This document shows positions 37,311-47,871 of a DNA stretch of 64,000 nt, piece after piece. The stretch is taken from the NCBI GenBank assembly GCA_964572255.1, contig CAZNEE010000002.1:121129-185128 (forward strand), written 5' to 3'. The position numbers and the translations under genes are program-made. Under the pieces are notes generated by a model. It had not been told where the DNA came from. It was given only the letters and a program-made list of their open reading frames with translations, and did not search any database. Source of the stretch: an uncultured Planctomycetia bacterium. Its GTDB lineage: Bacteria > Omnitrophota > Gorgyraeia > Tantalellales > Tantalellaceae. Within the stretch, counting starts at the first letter, position 1. Each line of letters begins with the position of its first letter.

Positions 37311-39068
37311 TTACGCCACCCTCTCCTTGTGTATTTTATTTATCTTCGAAAGCAGGTCTTTTATTTTTATACCATTATTGGATCTCTGTGCTTCTTTTAA
37401 CCTGAAAGTAAGATCTTTGAGCTTGGCGTCCCTATTCTCTTTTTTTAAACTCAATATGCAGTCTGCCAGCATTTTTTCTTTATTGCTGTTCTCTATATCG
37501 ACTTTTTCAACGGCAGCTACTACTGTTCGCTTCGCGTTCTCATCATTTTCCAATCTGCTCAACAACTTGCCGGGGCTGATCTCATCCAGCTTTTTGAACA
37601 TCTCTCCTGCCGCCATCATGGCTTTTTTTACATTTTCATCGTGGAACAGGTCAAGCCCCACCTCGCTCTTTATTTTGTTGTACATTTTCTTATCAAGTAT
37701 TGCCAGCCCCAGAAGATACGACTCGCTGGAGTTTAAATTATTATTTTTAGGCATGCCGGCTTTAGATGTATCTTCATGATGATAGGAGTAACCCGGCTTC
37801 ACTTTTTTAACCTCAATACGCAGGGATTGTTCGTGCACTCCCAGACGTTCCGCCATCTTCTTTAGATATGAAGACTGGACCACAAGATTGCTGATGCGGG
37901 ATATTGTGGGAAGCATCTCATCGGCTATACGCCCGATATCTCCCATGCCGTATTTTTCAACTAAAAGATCCAGTTTGTAATCAAAAAGGTCCTTAGCCTG
38001 CTCTAGTGCGCCCTCAAAAGCTTCTTTTCCTTTTTTCCTGACAAAGCTATCGGGGTCATCACCTTTCGGCAGGGCAGCTATCCTTACCCTCATTCCTTTT
38101 TCTATGAGAACGTCCAGCCCTCTCAGACTCGCGGCTTCACCCGCCTGATCAGCATCAAAGACCATTACCGCGGTATCGGTATACTTTTTCAGCATAGCGA
38201 CCTGGGCTGGAGTAAGCGCGGTTCCTGAAGCCGCCACAACGTTCGTGACACCATGCTGGGAAGGGATGATCACATCCAGATATCCTTCCGCGATGATCAC
38301 ATATCCCTTTTCTCTGGCAAACTTCCGGCTAAAATTCAAGCCGTAAAGAATATTGCTTTTGTTATAAATTACGGTTTCGGGAGAATTGATATATTTTGGA
38401 AGAGAGTCATCCATTACCCTCGCGCCGAACCCCACGATATGATCCCTTTCATTGAATATCGGGAACGTTATGCGGTTTCTGAACCTGTCGTAATCTCCCT
38501 TCCCTTTCTCGCTGGGTATCGCCAGCCCCGCTTTCCGCAATAAGTCAGCCGGGATCTTTTTTGAAGTGCAATATTCCCGCAGTGATTCCCACTCATCCAA
38601 AGCATAACCTATCCTGAATTTTGAAATGCTGGATGAATCTAATCCCCGTTTTTTTAAATACTCCAAAGCCCTTCTTCCCTTTTCGCTATGCAGATTGTTC
38701 TGGAAGAAAGAAGCGGCTATTTTGTTCACTTCATAAAGCTGTCCGGCCAATGATACGGTCTCTTTTGACCTTTTTTCATAAACAGGCAGTTCCACCCCCG
38801 CTTTAGCTGCAAGCATTTTCACCGATTCAGGGAAATCCATGTTTTCATATTTCATTACGAACCCGATAGCGTTACCGCCTGCGCCGCATCCGAAACAATG
38901 GAAGATCTGTTTATCGGGACTGACCACGAAAGAAGGGGTTTTCTCGTTATGGAACGGACAGCATGCCTTAAAATTCCTGCCGGTCTTTTTAAGAGGCACA
39001 AAGCCCGAGATAACCTCCACTATATCGACCCTATCAAGTATCCTGTCTATTATTTCCTGCGGTATCAT
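37311..39068 (-). CDS. dnaG: DNA primase
   Basis: Zinc ribbon [11 protein letters not shown]...CFGCGAGGN and a Toprim domain. Confidence 0.9.
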   Translation of the reverse strand: MIPQEIIDRILDRVDIVEVISGFVPLKKTGRNFKACCPFHNEKTPSFVVSPDKQIFHCFGCGAGGNAIGFVMKYENMDFPESVKMLAAKAGVELPVYEKRSKETVSLAGQLYEVNKIAASFFQNNLHSEKGRRALEYLKKRGLDSSSISKFRIGYALDEWESLREYCTSKKIPADLLRKAGLAIPSEKGKGDYDRFRNRITFPIFNERDHIVGFGARVMDDSLPKYINSPETVIYNKSNILYGLNFSRKFAREKGYVIIAEGYLDVIIPSQHGVTNVVAASGTALTPAQVAMLKKYTDTAVMVFDADQAGEAASLRGLDVLIEKGMRVRIAALPKGDDPDSFVRKKGKEAFEGALEQAKDLFDYKLDLLVEKYGMGDIGRIADEMLPTISRISNLVVQSSYLKKMAERLGVHEQSLRIEVKKVKPGYSYHHEDTSKAGMPKNNNLNSSESYLLGLAILDKKMYNKIKSEVGLDLFHDENVKKAMMAAGEMFKKLDEISPGKLLSRLENDENAKRTVVAAVEKVDIENSNKEKMLADCILSLKKENRDAKLKDLTFRLKEAQRSNNGIKIKDLLSKINKIHKERVA

Positions 39069-39074
39069 TCGTTT

Positions 39075-40028
39075 TTACCTTCTGATGCGTTTAAACCCCG
39101 AACATTCAACAAACTTCAATTTTTCTTTTTTCTCCAGCTCATCAAACACAATATTAAGACCAAGAGTATCACTGGACATGTGCCCCGCTATTACATAATT
39201 TAAAAATTCGCCTTTCGCAAGTTTAAATGCCGATTCCCTGCAGTGCATGCCCACTATCGTCTTAATGCCGGATTGGGATAATCGCGGAAGCACTTTATCC
39301 GGTCCGCTGGTTCCCCCTGTCATGTCAACCAATATCCTGCCGGCATCGCTTTCTTCTTTTCCCGTTAAAATAACAGGACCTGCCCCCATTTTCATTCCGT
39401 ATTTATATTCCGGGATCCTTTTCAGGATGCTTAATATGTTCCGGAGTTTCTTCGGTTTTTCTTTATTGAAAAGCCTCTGCAAATAACTTGTAACGCAATT
39501 GTCGGCCGCTGTGTGTATGCACATCATAGGGATGCCCAAAAGTTTCGCAGCGTCCACGGCTCTTGTGTGATTCCTTGCGGCGACCCCGCGGGCGACTTCA
39601 TCCATGCGGTCCTTCATCAGACTCTCGGCTATTTCTTTTTTCAGACCGTGTTTTTCCCATATGCCGGGCTGAATGTCCATTACCCTGTAAAACTCCGCGT
39701 ACGCTCTTCCGGCGGGATGATGCGATATGACAAGATCTATTTTCTGCCCTTTCTCGCGCAGCTTATCCGCAAGTAATATCTCCTGGACATCAATATCGAT
39801 GCCGACAAGAATATTCTTGATGTTTTCCTTTCCTGTGCCGTTTAAAATGCGGGTATCGGCATACGGATGCTTTAAACGCTCCGTATCAAATGTTCTCTTG
39901 TCAATCCCTTTTGCTTTACGATATTCTTCTTTCGTCTTTTTCATCGCTTCATCAATAGCACGCTTTGCCCTGGGGTCTTCCCGGAGGCCTTTTCCGGTGA
40001 CAATATCATATATTTCTTTCAGTTTCAT
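39075..40028 (-). CDS. Nif3-like dinuclear metal centre protein
   Basis: LVISHHPAG and VIAGHMSSDT resemble the Nif3 HHP and GHxxSE metal motifs. Sits upstream of dnaG-rpoD as in Firmicutes. Confidence 0.5.
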   Translation of the reverse strand: MKLKEIYDIVTGKGLREDPRAKRAIDEAMKKTKEEYRKAKGIDKRTFDTERLKHPYADTRILNGTGKENIKNILVGIDIDVQEILLADKLREKGQKIDLVISHHPAGRAYAEFYRVMDIQPGIWEKHGLKKEIAESLMKDRMDEVARGVAARNHTRAVDAAKLLGIPMMCIHTAADNCVTSYLQRLFNKEKPKKLRNILSILKRIPEYKYGMKMGAGPVILTGKEESDAGRILVDMTGGTSGPDKVLPRLSQSGIKTIVGMHCRESAFKLAKGEFLNYVIAGHMSSDTLGLNIVFDELEKKEKLKFVECSGFKRIRR

Positions 40029-40032
40029 GTTA

Positions 40033-40587
40033 TTACCTTTCCTTGGTTGGTGTCCTCATCATTTCGTTAATGATCTCTTCCTTATCCGCCTTTTTCACAA
40101 ATGCAACATGTTCGCTTATCCAGCTGTAAATACCCGCATCAATATCCACGAAAAATTTCCCGGTTCTGGATCCATCCAGAACACTGTCCCTCGTGTAATC
40201 AAGAGGAACGATCAATAGCTGCATTCCGATAAGCCCGAAAAACAGGCATGCTCTCAAGCATGCCACTAATGCGCCCCCGACTCTTTCAACCGGAGGCAAT
40301 TCCTCACTTGAACCGATAACGTTAAAAACTCTTTCGAGTGTCTTAATTACCGTAAATCCTATAGCTGTTATCCCGAAAAAAGATATGGGCCTGGACCATT
40401 TTTGCAATAAAAACCCGAAGATCGCTCTGGATACAATATCGTAATAAGTTATCGAAAGGAATACCAATATAAGCCAGCCGGTAAGGGATATTAACTGGCC
40501 GCCGACTCCCGTACGGGAACCTTTGTAAATCATTCCAACTAAAAGAATTACGAATAATATGTCCAGCCAGTTTATCCCGAATGCCAT
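40033..40587 (-). CDS. CvpA family membrane protein
   Basis: 184 aa with four hydrophobic helices: MAFGINWLDILFVILLVGMIYKGSRTG. Confidence 0.55.
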   Translation of the reverse strand: MAFGINWLDILFVILLVGMIYKGSRTGVGGQLISLTGWLILVFLSITYYDIVSRAIFGFLLQKWSRPISFFGITAIGFTVIKTLERVFNVIGSSEELPPVERVGGALVACLRACLFFGLIGMQLLIVPLDYTRDSVLDGSRTGKFFVDIDAGIYSWISEHVAFVKKADKEEIINEMMRTPTKER

Positions 40588-40709
40588 AAATTGTAAAAAT
40601 GGTTATATTGAGTCCAAAAGTATATCATATAAATATAGCAAAGTCAATTTAACGCATAAAAAGACTTTAAATTTTTCAAATGAAGTTTTTATTCTTTTAA
40701 CATATTTAC

Positions 40710-42002
40710 CTAAACACTTGTAAGTTCTTTATTTTTAATAACTAATGTTGCTTCTTTATCCGCGCTTTTTGGAGTAAAATAAATTATTTGCCCCTTAGGA
40801 AGCATAAAATCCATCGATCTTACTCTTACATACTCCCTCGTATATCCCTCAATAAAGTCATTCCCTGCTTTATTCTCCAGCAAAACCTCAACCTCTTTGG
40901 ATAAAAATTTACGGCAAAATCGATCTTGAAGTTCCTCCCCCAATTTTATTAATTTTTCCACCCTCTCTGCGGAAATCTTATCAGGAAGTTTATTTTTCAT
41001 CTTTGAAGAAAGGGTCCCCTCCCTGTCGCTATACTTAAAAACATGCAATCTTGAAGGTTCTAATTCTTTGACTAACTTAAAAGTGTCCTCAAAATCTTCT
41101 TCTTCCTCGCCGGGAAATCCCGCAATAACATCCATAGTTATGCCGGCAAAAGGCATTCTCTCTCTGATACGATAAACTAATTTTCTGAACTGATCAGCAT
41201 CATACCTTCTTGCCATGGATCTTAAGATCCTGTCCGATCCGCTCTGAAGAGGTATGTGAAGATGATGACAGATCTTGCCTGAAGCGGCTACGGTCTCTAT
41301 CAGCTCGTCTGTAATATGGTTTGGCTCTATCGAACTTATTCTAAACCTGTAATCGCCTTCAATGGCATTGATCTCTTTTAAAAGATCCGCAAGCGTCTTA
41401 CCTCCTTCGCCTTTCCATGAACCGATACAAATGCCTGTAAGCACGATCTCTTTATACCCATGTTCTATAAGCCTTTTTGCTTCTTTGATTATCTCCTCGG
41501 CCGACCTGCTTTTTGACGGTCCTCTTACGAGCGAAACTTTACAATATGAACAATTTTGGTCACATCCATCCTGTATCTTTATAAAAGCTCTTGTGTGTGA
41601 ACTGAAATTTGTTATCTCTTCTTTTAAATCACTTCTTTTGCACTCTAATCCGTAATGCGCACCGATAAATAGCGGAAGATTCATCTTTTCGCTATTTACG
41701 ACGATCTCGTCAACCTCCGTCATCTCTAAAAGAGACTTGATATCCCCGTCAAATACCGCCTTACAGCCTGTTACAACGACCGTCGCGTTGGGATTTTCCT
41801 TTTTCAACCTCTTTATCAGCCTCCTTGTCTTGGCATCCGCTTTACCGGTAACAGTGCAGGAATTAACAACAACAATGTCCGCCGGAGCTGAAGGGGATTC
41901 CACAAATCCCACTTTCACAAGATTTTCTCTTAAGACCTGAGATTCATATTGGTTGACTTTGCAGCCCAATGTCCTGATCGTAAATTTATATGTTGAATTC
42001 AT
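40710..42002 (-). CDS. radical SAM methylthiotransferase (MtaB-like)
   Basis: N-terminal UPF0004 domain with CKVNQYES, radical SAM GCDQNCSYCKV, and a C-terminal TRAM-like domain. Confidence 0.75.
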   Translation of the reverse strand: MNSTYKFTIRTLGCKVNQYESQVLRENLVKVGFVESPSAPADIVVVNSCTVTGKADAKTRRLIKRLKKENPNATVVVTGCKAVFDGDIKSLLEMTEVDEIVVNSEKMNLPLFIGAHYGLECKRSDLKEEITNFSSHTRAFIKIQDGCDQNCSYCKVSLVRGPSKSRSAEEIIKEAKRLIEHGYKEIVLTGICIGSWKGEGGKTLADLLKEINAIEGDYRFRISSIEPNHITDELIETVAASGKICHHLHIPLQSGSDRILRSMARRYDADQFRKLVYRIRERMPFAGITMDVIAGFPGEEEEDFEDTFKLVKELEPSRLHVFKYSDREGTLSSKMKNKLPDKISAERVEKLIKLGEELQDRFCRKFLSKEVEVLLENKAGNDFIEGYTREYVRVRSMDFMLPKGQIIYFTPKSADKEATLVIKNKELTSV

Positions 42003-42729
42003 AATCCAAAACAGAAATTAAAAACAGGCCTGCTGTATCGCTTTTTAAAACCCTCCATCCAAGCGATACATGCCTGCAATTTTTCCCGGAAGCGAGACTG
42101 ATCTCTTCCGGCGTAAAATCCCCTTCCGGCCCAACAAAAACAATGATCTTGCCGGACTTAAAATCCCCTACTGCTTTTTTCAGGGAAACAGTTTTCCCCG
42201 ATAAACACGCAAAAAGAGCAAGATCGTACCTCTCTATTTCTTCAATCGCTTTCTTGAACGGTGTGACCTCGCTTACCGCCGGTATATCGGCTCTCCCGGA
42301 TTGTTTCGCGCTTTCAATAGCAAGTTTTCTCCATCTTGAAACTTTTTTTTCTCCCCCGCCTTCGTCAGGCCTCACAATGGTTCTACCTGTAACAAGAGGG
42401 ACGATCCTTTTAACTCCCAATTCGGTAGCTTTTTCAACGATATAATCCATCTTGCCTTTTTTAGGAATCGCCTGAGCCAAAACTACTTCCGATGTTTTTC
42501 CTGAAGAAGGAGTTTCGATCTTTACTACTTCAACAGTGGCTTTTTTACTTTTTGGATCTATTTTGTTAATAAAACCGGTATATTCATTCCCGGTGCCGTC
42601 AAAAATAATTACCTTGTCGGAATCTTTCAATCTCATCACATCGATCGCATGATGGAATTCTTCTCCCTCTATAAGGATCTCATTTTTTTTTGTATTGATC
42701 TTCTCTTTTGAAACGTAGAATCTGCTCAT
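41986..42729 (-). CDS. rsmE: 16S rRNA (uracil1498-N3)-methyltransferase
   Basis: RFYVSKE...GEEFHHAIDVMRLK N-terminal PUA-like domain plus SPOUT fold. Confidence 0.8.
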   Translation of the reverse strand: MSRFYVSKEKINTKKNEILIEGEEFHHAIDVMRLKDSDKVIIFDGTGNEYTGFINKIDPKSKKATVEVVKIETPSSGKTSEVVLAQAIPKKGKMDYIVEKATELGVKRIVPLVTGRTIVRPDEGGGEKKVSRWRKLAIESAKQSGRADIPAVSEVTPFKKAIEEIERYDLALFACLSGKTVSLKKAVGDFKSGKIIVFVGPEGDFTPEEISLASGKNCRHVSLGWRVLKSDTAGLFLISVLDYEFNI

Positions 42730-44207
42730 TATTCTTTTTCACCAAAAACTTCAGCCGTAAAAATGTATATTTCACACCCTCCGGTTTTCCAGGCATCCAT
42801 TGGCATCCCGGCTTTATGCGCGCAAAGGCTATTCATGAACTCTTCCCTGGTCCATCCGGTTTCAGTAGCAACCTGTGGAAGATACACGCCGCTCCTCCAT
42901 CCCGTGCGTACCATCACCCCATGTTTACCGACTTCGATCCTTTCATAATCATCGATCCTTTCCATCGGAGAAAGCGCGGAGATCTCGATATCTATATCAT
43001 CCATTTCCTCAAGCCTGACAGGCGAAAATCTGGGATCTTCCACAGCAGCTGCGATCGCCATATCGCGTACAGCCAAGTAAAGAGGTCCTCTGGCAACCAT
43101 GTTGCCGATGCATCCTCTAAGCTGGCCGCCTTTATGCAGCGTAACAAAAGCTCCCATATCCTGCTTGAGGGCCTCATCATCAACTTTCACTGCCAGGGTT
43201 TTGCCTGTTTTGAGATGATGAATAATCGCATCTCTCGCGATCTTTAACAGTTCTTTTCTCTGCTGGTGGTTGAACATGCCGGTCTCCTTTTCCTGTAACT
43301 CGTGACCCGTATCTTGTGGTTTTCGTTTTATGAACGCCGCGCTGAGATATCCTACAACACTTTGCTTCATCCCGGAAGTATCGCCGGAATTTGCGTACTT
43401 AAATATTTGAACTTCATCGGCGCCGAGCTTCTGCGATGCAAGCATGGTCGCATAAACCGCACCAAACCCGCACATGAGTTCGTGACGTTTCCTCTCGCTC
43501 TCATCATACAATAGGTCCGGTTTGAATCTTTTTATATTGCTGATGGTCTCTTTATCCCTTCTATTCGCTTCATCGTAAGGCAAATAATGGCACATGTCCG
43601 TACTTCCGATCATGAGATAATCGTCTCTTCCTTTGACCGCATCATAAACGGCATCGGCAATTATGCGGCTGTTCTCTCTTGTCTGGTTCCCTATCGCAAG
43701 TAAAACCGCTTCAGCATCCTTAAAAGCCACCTGAATGAAAGGTGTTAACATCTCTACGGAATTTTCATCCGAAAAAGCCTCGGGAAGACTGAATATCTTT
43801 TCGCTCGAGGAAATAAGCTTTTTTGATATTTCCTTGTTAATTTTCAAAGAGCCCAACGGAGTCACAAAAGCGTCTTCAGTAAAAACAGATATCCCGTCAT
43901 AATATTTCCTATGCGAAAAACCCACTACGATAACAACTTTGGGCGACTGCGGCATGGCTGCTTTATATCCATAAGCTGCTACATGGCCTGAAAACCTGAG
44001 ACCCGCGTGAGGTGAAATGAAACCGATGATTTTTCCGTCAATCTTGGCGGGTGTTGCCGCTTCAAGATAATAGTTGATCTCCCGCCTCAAAACATCCGGA
44101 TCAGCTGAATACCATGTACCGGCAAGATCCGCTTTTTTCTCACTGGCTTGCGAACAAGAAAAGCTGAAAACAGTAATGAATATCACCAAAACAAAGCGTT
44201 TTAACAT
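42729..44207 (-). CDS. AmmeMemoRadiSam system fusion protein: AmrB (Memo-like) fused to AmrA (AMMECR1), with Sec signal peptide
   Basis: ISPHAGLRFSG and STDMCHY are Memo motifs. LRGCIGN marks the AMMECR1 core. N-terminus MLKRFVLVIFITVFSFSCSQA|SEK is a signal peptide. Confidence 0.8.
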   Translation of the reverse strand: MLKRFVLVIFITVFSFSCSQASEKKADLAGTWYSADPDVLRREINYYLEAATPAKIDGKIIGFISPHAGLRFSGHVAAYGYKAAMPQSPKVVIVVGFSHRKYYDGISVFTEDAFVTPLGSLKINKEISKKLISSSEKIFSLPEAFSDENSVEMLTPFIQVAFKDAEAVLLAIGNQTRENSRIIADAVYDAVKGRDDYLMIGSTDMCHYLPYDEANRRDKETISNIKRFKPDLLYDESERKRHELMCGFGAVYATMLASQKLGADEVQIFKYANSGDTSGMKQSVVGYLSAAFIKRKPQDTGHELQEKETGMFNHQQRKELLKIARDAIIHHLKTGKTLAVKVDDEALKQDMGAFVTLHKGGQLRGCIGNMVARGPLYLAVRDMAIAAAVEDPRFSPVRLEEMDDIDIEISALSPMERIDDYERIEVGKHGVMVRTGWRSGVYLPQVATETGWTREEFMNSLCAHKAGMPMDAWKTGGCEIYIFTAEVFGEKE

Positions 44208-44249
44208 GAACCAATCCCTTCGATTTCGCCACAGCGGCGGAACAGGTTA

Positions 44250-45173
44250 TTAATAGCTATGGGTCTTAACGAAATCTATCACTTCATCTATCTTCGCATC
44301 TGCGATCGATATGCATGTATCAGCACAGCCGTAATAGATCCTGATATTCCCATCTTTCACTATTGCGGAACTCGCAAAAACAACATTCGGCACATCCCCT
44401 ATACGCTCATAAGGCTCTGTCGGAGCTAAGAGATAATCTTTTGTTCTGTAAAGGACCTTCCACGGTTTTTCAATATCAAGAAGCGCGCCTCCGACATAGT
44501 AAAGATATCCGTTACAGCTTGTCCATACGCCGTGATAAATTAATAGCCATCCTTCATCCGTTTCTATCGGTGCCGGGCCCGGGCCTATCTTTGTTGACTG
44601 CCAGCTGCTTCTTGTCGTGCCGAAAACAAACCTATGGCATCCCCAATGCGTGAGATCAGGGCTTGTCGAGTAGAACATATCGCCGAAAGGCGTGTGCCCT
44701 CTGTCGCTGGGCCTGCTTAACATGGCGAATTTACCGTTTATCTTACGCGGGAAGATCACGCAATTACGGTTCGCGGGAAGAGTCAGGTTCTCTTTCTGGC
44801 TGAATGTTTTGAAATCCTTTGTGGTCGCCATGCCGATCATCGGCCCCTGGGGCGAATCCAGACACCAGGTAAAATAATAGGTGTCGTCTATTTTTGTCAA
44901 ACGCGGGTCATACGTCCTCTCTTTCACCTCAAGGTCAGGATCGCTGTTTTCCAGTTTCAGGATATCCGGGTCTATATCCCATTTGATCCCGTCCTTGCTG
45001 AACCCGACATGCATCGTGAAATTGAAATCGATCTCATCCACACGAAAAATACCGGCATATCCGTCTTTAAAGGGAACGACGGCGCTGTTGTGAATACTGT
45101 TCGCTCTTGGCACCGCTTTTGCGGTAATGATAGGATTGCCTTTATAACGTTTAAATACTGTTTCATTTGCCAT
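44250..45173 (-). CDS. glycoside hydrolase family 130-like beta-propeller protein
   Basis: GNPII...YDPRL... pattern shared with GH130 mannoside phosphorylases/hydrolases. Confidence 0.5.
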   Translation of the reverse strand: MANETVFKRYKGNPIITAKAVPRANSIHNSAVVPFKDGYAGIFRVDEIDFNFTMHVGFSKDGIKWDIDPDILKLENSDPDLEVKERTYDPRLTKIDDTYYFTWCLDSPQGPMIGMATTKDFKTFSQKENLTLPANRNCVIFPRKINGKFAMLSRPSDRGHTPFGDMFYSTSPDLTHWGCHRFVFGTTRSSWQSTKIGPGPAPIETDEGWLLIYHGVWTSCNGYLYYVGGALLDIEKPWKVLYRTKDYLLAPTEPYERIGDVPNVVFASSAIVKDGNIRIYYGCADTCISIADAKIDEVIDFVKTHSY

Positions 45174-45208
45174 TTTTCTACCTCACCTTTCTATTTTTGT
45201 TTATGCAT

Positions 45209-45571
45209 CTATTTCGTGAAAATCATATGAATTGATATAGCTAAAAGAACAAACCCGAATATTTTTCTTAATAATTCATTTGAAAGACCCACGGCAAATT
45301 TCGCGCCTATGAGACCGCCCACAAAAAAACCTACACACACGAATGCCGCTATGGGTATATTTACCGCGCCCTGTTTATAATATGTCCATGCCGCTAAGAG
45401 GCCTATCGGCGGCAGCATGAGCGCAAGACTTGTGCCTTGCGCCTCTTTTTGAGTGAGACCGAAGATATATATAAGGGCCGGAATAACGACTGTTCCTCCT
45501 CCCAGCCCGATCAATCCGCTGTAAGCTCCCGCGAATAATCCGATCGAAAGTGATAAAATGATCTTGAGCAT
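45209..45571 (-). CDS. TauE/SafE (DUF81) family membrane protein, half-size
   Basis: GLIGLGGGTVVIPALI motif; four hydrophobic helices. Confidence 0.55.
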   Translation of the reverse strand: MLKIILSLSIGLFAGAYSGLIGLGGGTVVIPALIYIFGLTQKEAQGTSLALMLPPIGLLAAWTYYKQGAVNIPIAAFVCVGFFVGGLIGAKFAVGLSNELLRKIFGFVLLAISIHMIFTK

Positions 45572-45573
45572 AA

Positions 45574-45987
45574 TTAAATCCCCCTTATAAACTTACTAAC
45601 ATTATCCTTTATCTGGTCTCTGATCTTACGAAACACCGCCAGTCTTTCTTCTTCACCGCCCTTAGCTTCAGCGGGATCTTCAAGGTCCCAGTGAATATTT
45701 TTATATTCACCGGGGAATACAGGACAAGTCTGTTTTGCGTTCTCGCAAACAGTGATAACGTAATCAAATTTTTGTCCGATAAATTCATCGGCTGACTTTG
45801 AACTTTGACCTGATATATCTATCCCCTCCTCATTCATGACTTTAATAGATAAGGGGTTTATTTTAGTGGGATCCACCCCTGCGCTTTCAGCTTCATATTT
45901 TTCTCCGGCAAAACGCTTTAAGAAACCTTCCGCCATCTGGCTCCTGCATGAATTTCCCGTACATAAAAACAAAACTCTTTTTTTCAT
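45574..45987 (-). CDS. arsC: arsenate reductase / low-molecular-weight phosphotyrosine phosphatase family
   Basis: P-loop VLFLCTGNSCRSQMAEG (CX5R). Confidence 0.75.
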   Translation of the reverse strand: MKKRVLFLCTGNSCRSQMAEGFLKRFAGEKYEAESAGVDPTKINPLSIKVMNEEGIDISGQSSKSADEFIGQKFDYVITVCENAKQTCPVFPGEYKNIHWDLEDPAEAKGGEEERLAVFRKIRDQIKDNVSKFIRGI

Positions 45988-46027
45988 TTCTTTTCTTACG
46001 GTCGGCCATAGGCCCGAATTTTAATAG

Positions 46028-46103
46028 TGGTGGAGCTGAGGGGGATCGAACCCCTGACCTTCTGATTGCGAACCAGACGCTCTTCCAGCTGAGCTACAGC
46101 CCC
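46028..46103 (-). tRNA. tRNA-Ala (anticodon CGC)
   Basis: GGGGCUG acceptor with the G3:U70 identity pair; anticodon loop UUCGCAA; CCA encoded. Confidence 0.85.
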
Positions 46104-46140
46104 ACACAGAAAAAAGCTTGCGTTTTATATCATGGATCTT

Positions 46141-47067
46141 TCACCTCGCAAATATCTCGATACATTCCTTGATAGTACCGTAATGTATATCTACGGTATC
46201 TCCGCGATTATAGGCATATCCTCCGGCAAGCGTTACAGCAACCGGTATGCCGAAATTATGCGCCTGCGTGAGCACAAAATTATCACGCTTACGCAGACCG
46301 TTTTTTGTAAGCATTAAGTTCCCTAACTGATCATCTTTATACGGATCAGCGCCGGCAACGTATATAATCAAATCGGGCTTATGTGCGGTAATTATATCAG
46401 GCACATTATCATGAAGATGTTTCAGGTAAACATCATCGCCCGTAAAATCTCTTAGTCCAATATCCATATCGCCCTCGGGCTTGTGAAAAGGATAATTATT
46501 CTGCTGATGTATGGAAAACGTATAAACATTCGGATCATTTTTAAAAATAAATGCTGTTCCATTGCCCTGATGCAAATCACAATCCACAACAAGAGCTTTT
46601 TTGATCAACCCTTCAGACTGAAGCACTTTTATGCTAACGGCAACATCATTAAGCACGCAAAAACCTTCACCATGATCCGGAAACGCGTGATGGAAACCTC
46701 CTCCAAGATGGACCGAAGCTTTCACCTCAAGAGCTTTTCGCGCGACGGTAATAGTGCCTCCGCATGTCATGAATGATGCTTCGACCAATGCTTCAGAGTA
46801 AGGCAGCTCTAAGGTGAATATCTCTTCCGTATCAAGCGTCCCGTTTTTTAATTTGTCTATATATTCCGGGGTATGCACGGTCAAAACCTGTTCCTCTGTA
46901 GCGGTAATAGGCGCTACGATCTCGTATTTATTCTTTAAAGATACATCCAGATCCAATCGTTCTTTAATGATCTTATACTTGGAAGTAGGAAATACATGAT
47001 CCCCTATTTCCACATAATAAGAATCGGAATAGACTATGGGCATCTTCTTCGATCCTTTACCAATCAT
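46141..47067 (-). CDS. histone deacetylase family protein (AcuC-like)
   Basis: HLGGGFHHAFPDHGEGFCVLNDVA, DCDLHQGNGT and YVAGADPYKDDQLG motifs. Confidence 0.8.
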   Translation of the reverse strand: MIGKGSKKMPIVYSDSYYVEIGDHVFPTSKYKIIKERLDLDVSLKNKYEIVAPITATEEQVLTVHTPEYIDKLKNGTLDTEEIFTLELPYSEALVEASFMTCGGTITVARKALEVKASVHLGGGFHHAFPDHGEGFCVLNDVAVSIKVLQSEGLIKKALVVDCDLHQGNGTAFIFKNDPNVYTFSIHQQNNYPFHKPEGDMDIGLRDFTGDDVYLKHLHDNVPDIITAHKPDLIIYVAGADPYKDDQLGNLMLTKNGLRKRDNFVLTQAHNFGIPVAVTLAGGYAYNRGDTVDIHYGTIKECIEIFAR

Positions 47068-47087
47068 GTGTTAACCTCAAAATAGAA

Positions 47088-47369
47088 TCAGCTCAACTCA
47101 TTCACGTATGACTCTACGGCTTTTTTCATCACTTGCCAGTCTTCTTTGGAATGTATACCGAATTTCTGTTTGCGCTTCCACCCGTCCTCATTTTTCTGCC
47201 AGAGATAAAAACATATTTGTTTTCTGGCATAGCTTTCCAGGAGCACGACTGCGGCCCACCACCCGAATTTCTTGCTTACAGTTTGCGAGCTGATGACCTT
47301 TAAAGGCGGTTTGATCGGCATACGTTCTTCTTCGTCATGAGTTTTAACATTTTTTTCCGTTTCCATCAT
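47088..47369 (-). CDS. hypothetical protein
   Basis: ORF only. Confidence 0.3.
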   Translation of the reverse strand: MMETEKNVKTHDEEERMPIKPPLKVISSQTVSKKFGWWAAVVLLESYARKQICFYLWQKNEDGWKRKQKFGIHSKEDWQVMKKAVESYVNELS

Positions 47370-47584
47370 TCTTCCTTTTTTTTGCCCGTTAACTTAACAT
47401 CATAATTAGGAGCATCTCCTTCCAGAACAATATGCCCCTCCCTTGCCAGCCAACCAATGCTCATTAAAATGAGAGTTTGCTCTCTCTTCAGATCATTGAT
47501 CATGTCTTCCAGCCGGCTTTGTTTTCCATGGTCGTCCAGATATTCCCATATCTCTCCAGCGACAAGTCCTATCTGAGTGATCAT
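47366..47584 (-). CDS. hypothetical small protein
   Basis: ORF only; overlaps its neighbours by 4 nt. Confidence 0.3.
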   Translation of the reverse strand: MITQIGLVAGEIWEYLDDHGKQSRLEDMINDLKREQTLILMSIGWLAREGHIVLEGDAPNYDVKLTGKKKEE

Positions 47585-47871
47585 TTGTTTCCACCCCCTT
47601 CTTTCTTGCTGTCAGTATATGTCCTTTGCTTATCTATCCTTTCACTGTAACTTCCGCATCTGGGACACTGCGAAATATCATCATGCCTTGAATCAATATA
47701 CGTATTCCCGCATATATTGCAGTGCCATATATACTTTTCTTCAGAACTGTAATTTTTCAGCTTGGTACCGAAATCAAAAAATGACCACGCTATTAATATC
47801 GCCACAGCTGAAAATAAAAGATATAAAAAAAGTGCCGTTGAAATATCTATTTTGATCATTTTAAATAGCAC
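47581..47871 (-). CDS. membrane protein with C-terminal zinc ribbon
   Basis: TM helix followed by HCNICGN...CPRCGS. Confidence 0.4.
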   Translation of the reverse strand: MLFKMIKIDISTALFLYLLFSAVAILIAWSFFDFGTKLKNYSSEEKYIWHCNICGNTYIDSRHDDISQCPRCGSYSERIDKQRTYTDSKKEGGGNK

